Positions 17,733 to 18,805 of a stretch of DNA of 18,805 nt are shown here, piece after piece. The DNA comes from Rhodothermales bacterium. GTDB taxonomy: Bacteria; Bacteroidota; Rhodothermia; Rhodothermales; VXPQ01. Numbering within the stretch: position 1 is the first letter of the stretch; each line of letters begins with the position of its first letter. The notes below the pieces were generated by a model, which worked only from the letters and a program-made list of their open reading frames with translations, did not search any database and was not told the origin of the DNA. Where the stretch lies: positions 73,122-91,926 of the forward strand of contig JBBDTI010000072.1 of assembly GCA_040904565.1 (NCBI GenBank), given 5' to 3'. The translations under genes were made by a program, and so were the position numbers.

Positions 17733-18704
17733 ATGCCCATACGATCTGCACGGATTGCCTGCCTCGTGCTGCTTTTCGGCGTCGCTGCAACGGTCTCGAA
17801 GGTGCAGGCGCAGACCGCGTTCTCGTTTCTACGCCTGGATCCGTCGGCCCGAGCCGCGTCGCTGGGCGGCGCCTTTTCCGCGGTGTTCGACGACGACGTA
17901 AACGCACTGTTCTACAACCCGGCGCTCCTCAACGATTCGATGCACCGGGCGCTGTCAGTATCCTATCTAAACCACGTCGCAGGCGTTAACGGCGGCTTCG
18001 TCGCACATGCTCGCCACGTGGACGGCCTCGGTACGCTGGGTGCCGGACTCCGATACGTAGGCTGGGGCCGTCTGGATGGATACGATCAGGAAGGTAACGA
18101 GACTGGAGACTTCGGTGCCGGCGACGCCGCACTCACGCTGTCCTTCGCCCGGGCGGAGCAGGATCGGTTTCAATACGGCGCCGGGATCCACGCCGCGTTC
18201 TCAAGCATCGACACCTACAGTGCGACGGCTCTCGCCGCCGACGTGGGCGTCGCTTATCACTTCCCCGACCATCTGCTCACGCTGAGCGCGTCGGCCAACA
18301 ACGTGGGCGTAGTACTCGACCGGCTCGGCGCGTCGCGCGACGAACTACCGCTCGATCTACGCATCGGGCTGTCGAAGCGACTGGCGTACGTGCCCCTCCT
18401 CATTTCCGTTTCCGGATACGATCTGAACCGTGTAGGGGAGGATTCAGGAAACGGAAGCTTCATCGCCGGCGCGTTTCGCCACGTGGCCTTCGGAGGCGAG
18501 TTTCGGTTCAGCGAGGCATTCAACGTGCGTCTGGGTTACAATCACCGTAGACACCAGGATCTCAAGATGAAAAGCCGGCTCGACCTGGCTGGACTCGGAG
18601 TCGGCGTCGGCATCAAGGTCTCAACGTTCCGCTTCGACTACGCATTCAGCTCCTGGTCGTCGCTCGGCGGACTCCATCGCTTTACGCTGCGCACGGTCAT
18701 CTGA
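17733..18704 (+). CDS. porQ: Type IX secretion system beta-barrel PorQ (PorV/PorQ family)
   Basis: Likely start ATG 17733 with a signal peptide ending VQA|Q. Motifs FLRLDPSARAASLGG, FYNPALL, PLDLRIG, RLGYNHRRHQDL and FDYAF. The GYNxRRxxD/EL segment points to PorQ rather than PorV. Confidence 0.75.
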   Translation: MPIRSARIACLVLLFGVAATVSKVQAQTAFSFLRLDPSARAASLGGAFSAVFDDDVNALFYNPALLNDSMHRALSVSYLNHVAGVNGGFVAHARHVDGLGTLGAGLRYVGWGRLDGYDQEGNETGDFGAGDAALTLSFARAEQDRFQYGAGIHAAFSSIDTYSATALAADVGVAYHFPDHLLTLSASANNVGVVLDRLGASRDELPLDLRIGLSKRLAYVPLLISVSGYDLNRVGEDSGNGSFIAGAFRHVAFGGEFRFSEAFNVRLGYNHRRHQDLKMKSRLDLAGLGVGVGIKVSTFRFDYAFSSWSSLGGLHRFTLRTVI

Positions 18705-18733
18705 GAAAACTATCTGAGTGCGGGTATTTGAGG

Positions 18734-18805
18734 GCGACCACCTGAGAGCGACCACCTGAGGACGACCTACCTGAGAGCGACCTACCTGAGAGCGACCTAC
18801 CTGAG
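18734..18805. repeat. Tandem repeat of a 14-15 bp unit GCGACC(T)ACCTGAGA, at least 5 copies, running off the window end
   Basis: Units start at 18734, 18748, 18762, 18777 and 18792. Degenerate copies (gtcatctgaga, aactatctgagt, gcgggtatttgagg) extend back over the porQ stop. Confidence 0.92.

Noticed and set aside
18734-18805. CRISPR array
   Set aside because: Units are 14-15 bp and directly adjacent with no unique spacers, and there are no cas genes in the window.

Overview
High-GC bacterial DNA, most likely from the FCB group and Rhodothermales-like. This is inferred from a T9SS PorQ-like gene and a long Bacteroidota-type SecA lacking the C-terminal Zn-finger cysteines. Housekeeping genes (phosphohexomutase, recN, secA, porQ) surround a ~7.5 kb plus-strand accessory locus (4448-11969) that looks like a non-canonical chaperone-usher pilus system. 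The locus contains a secreted low-complexity protein, three Cys-free-core DUF4402-like pilins, a PapD-like chaperone and a ~1015-codon usher-like protein fused to a C-terminal LysM domain. One pilin is followed by a strong terminator, and another carries an unusual C-terminal CBM5/12-like domain with a nested acidic and His/Cys insert. The usher is interrupted by a single in-frame TGA. A shared GGC-N7-TTGTGG (sigma54-like) motif precedes three genes of the locus. The left end holds a >543-aa lipoprotein missing from the ORF track, next to a small beta-barrel OMP. The right end runs into a 14-15 bp tandem repeat. All family assignments come from motif recognition by eye, not database searches.
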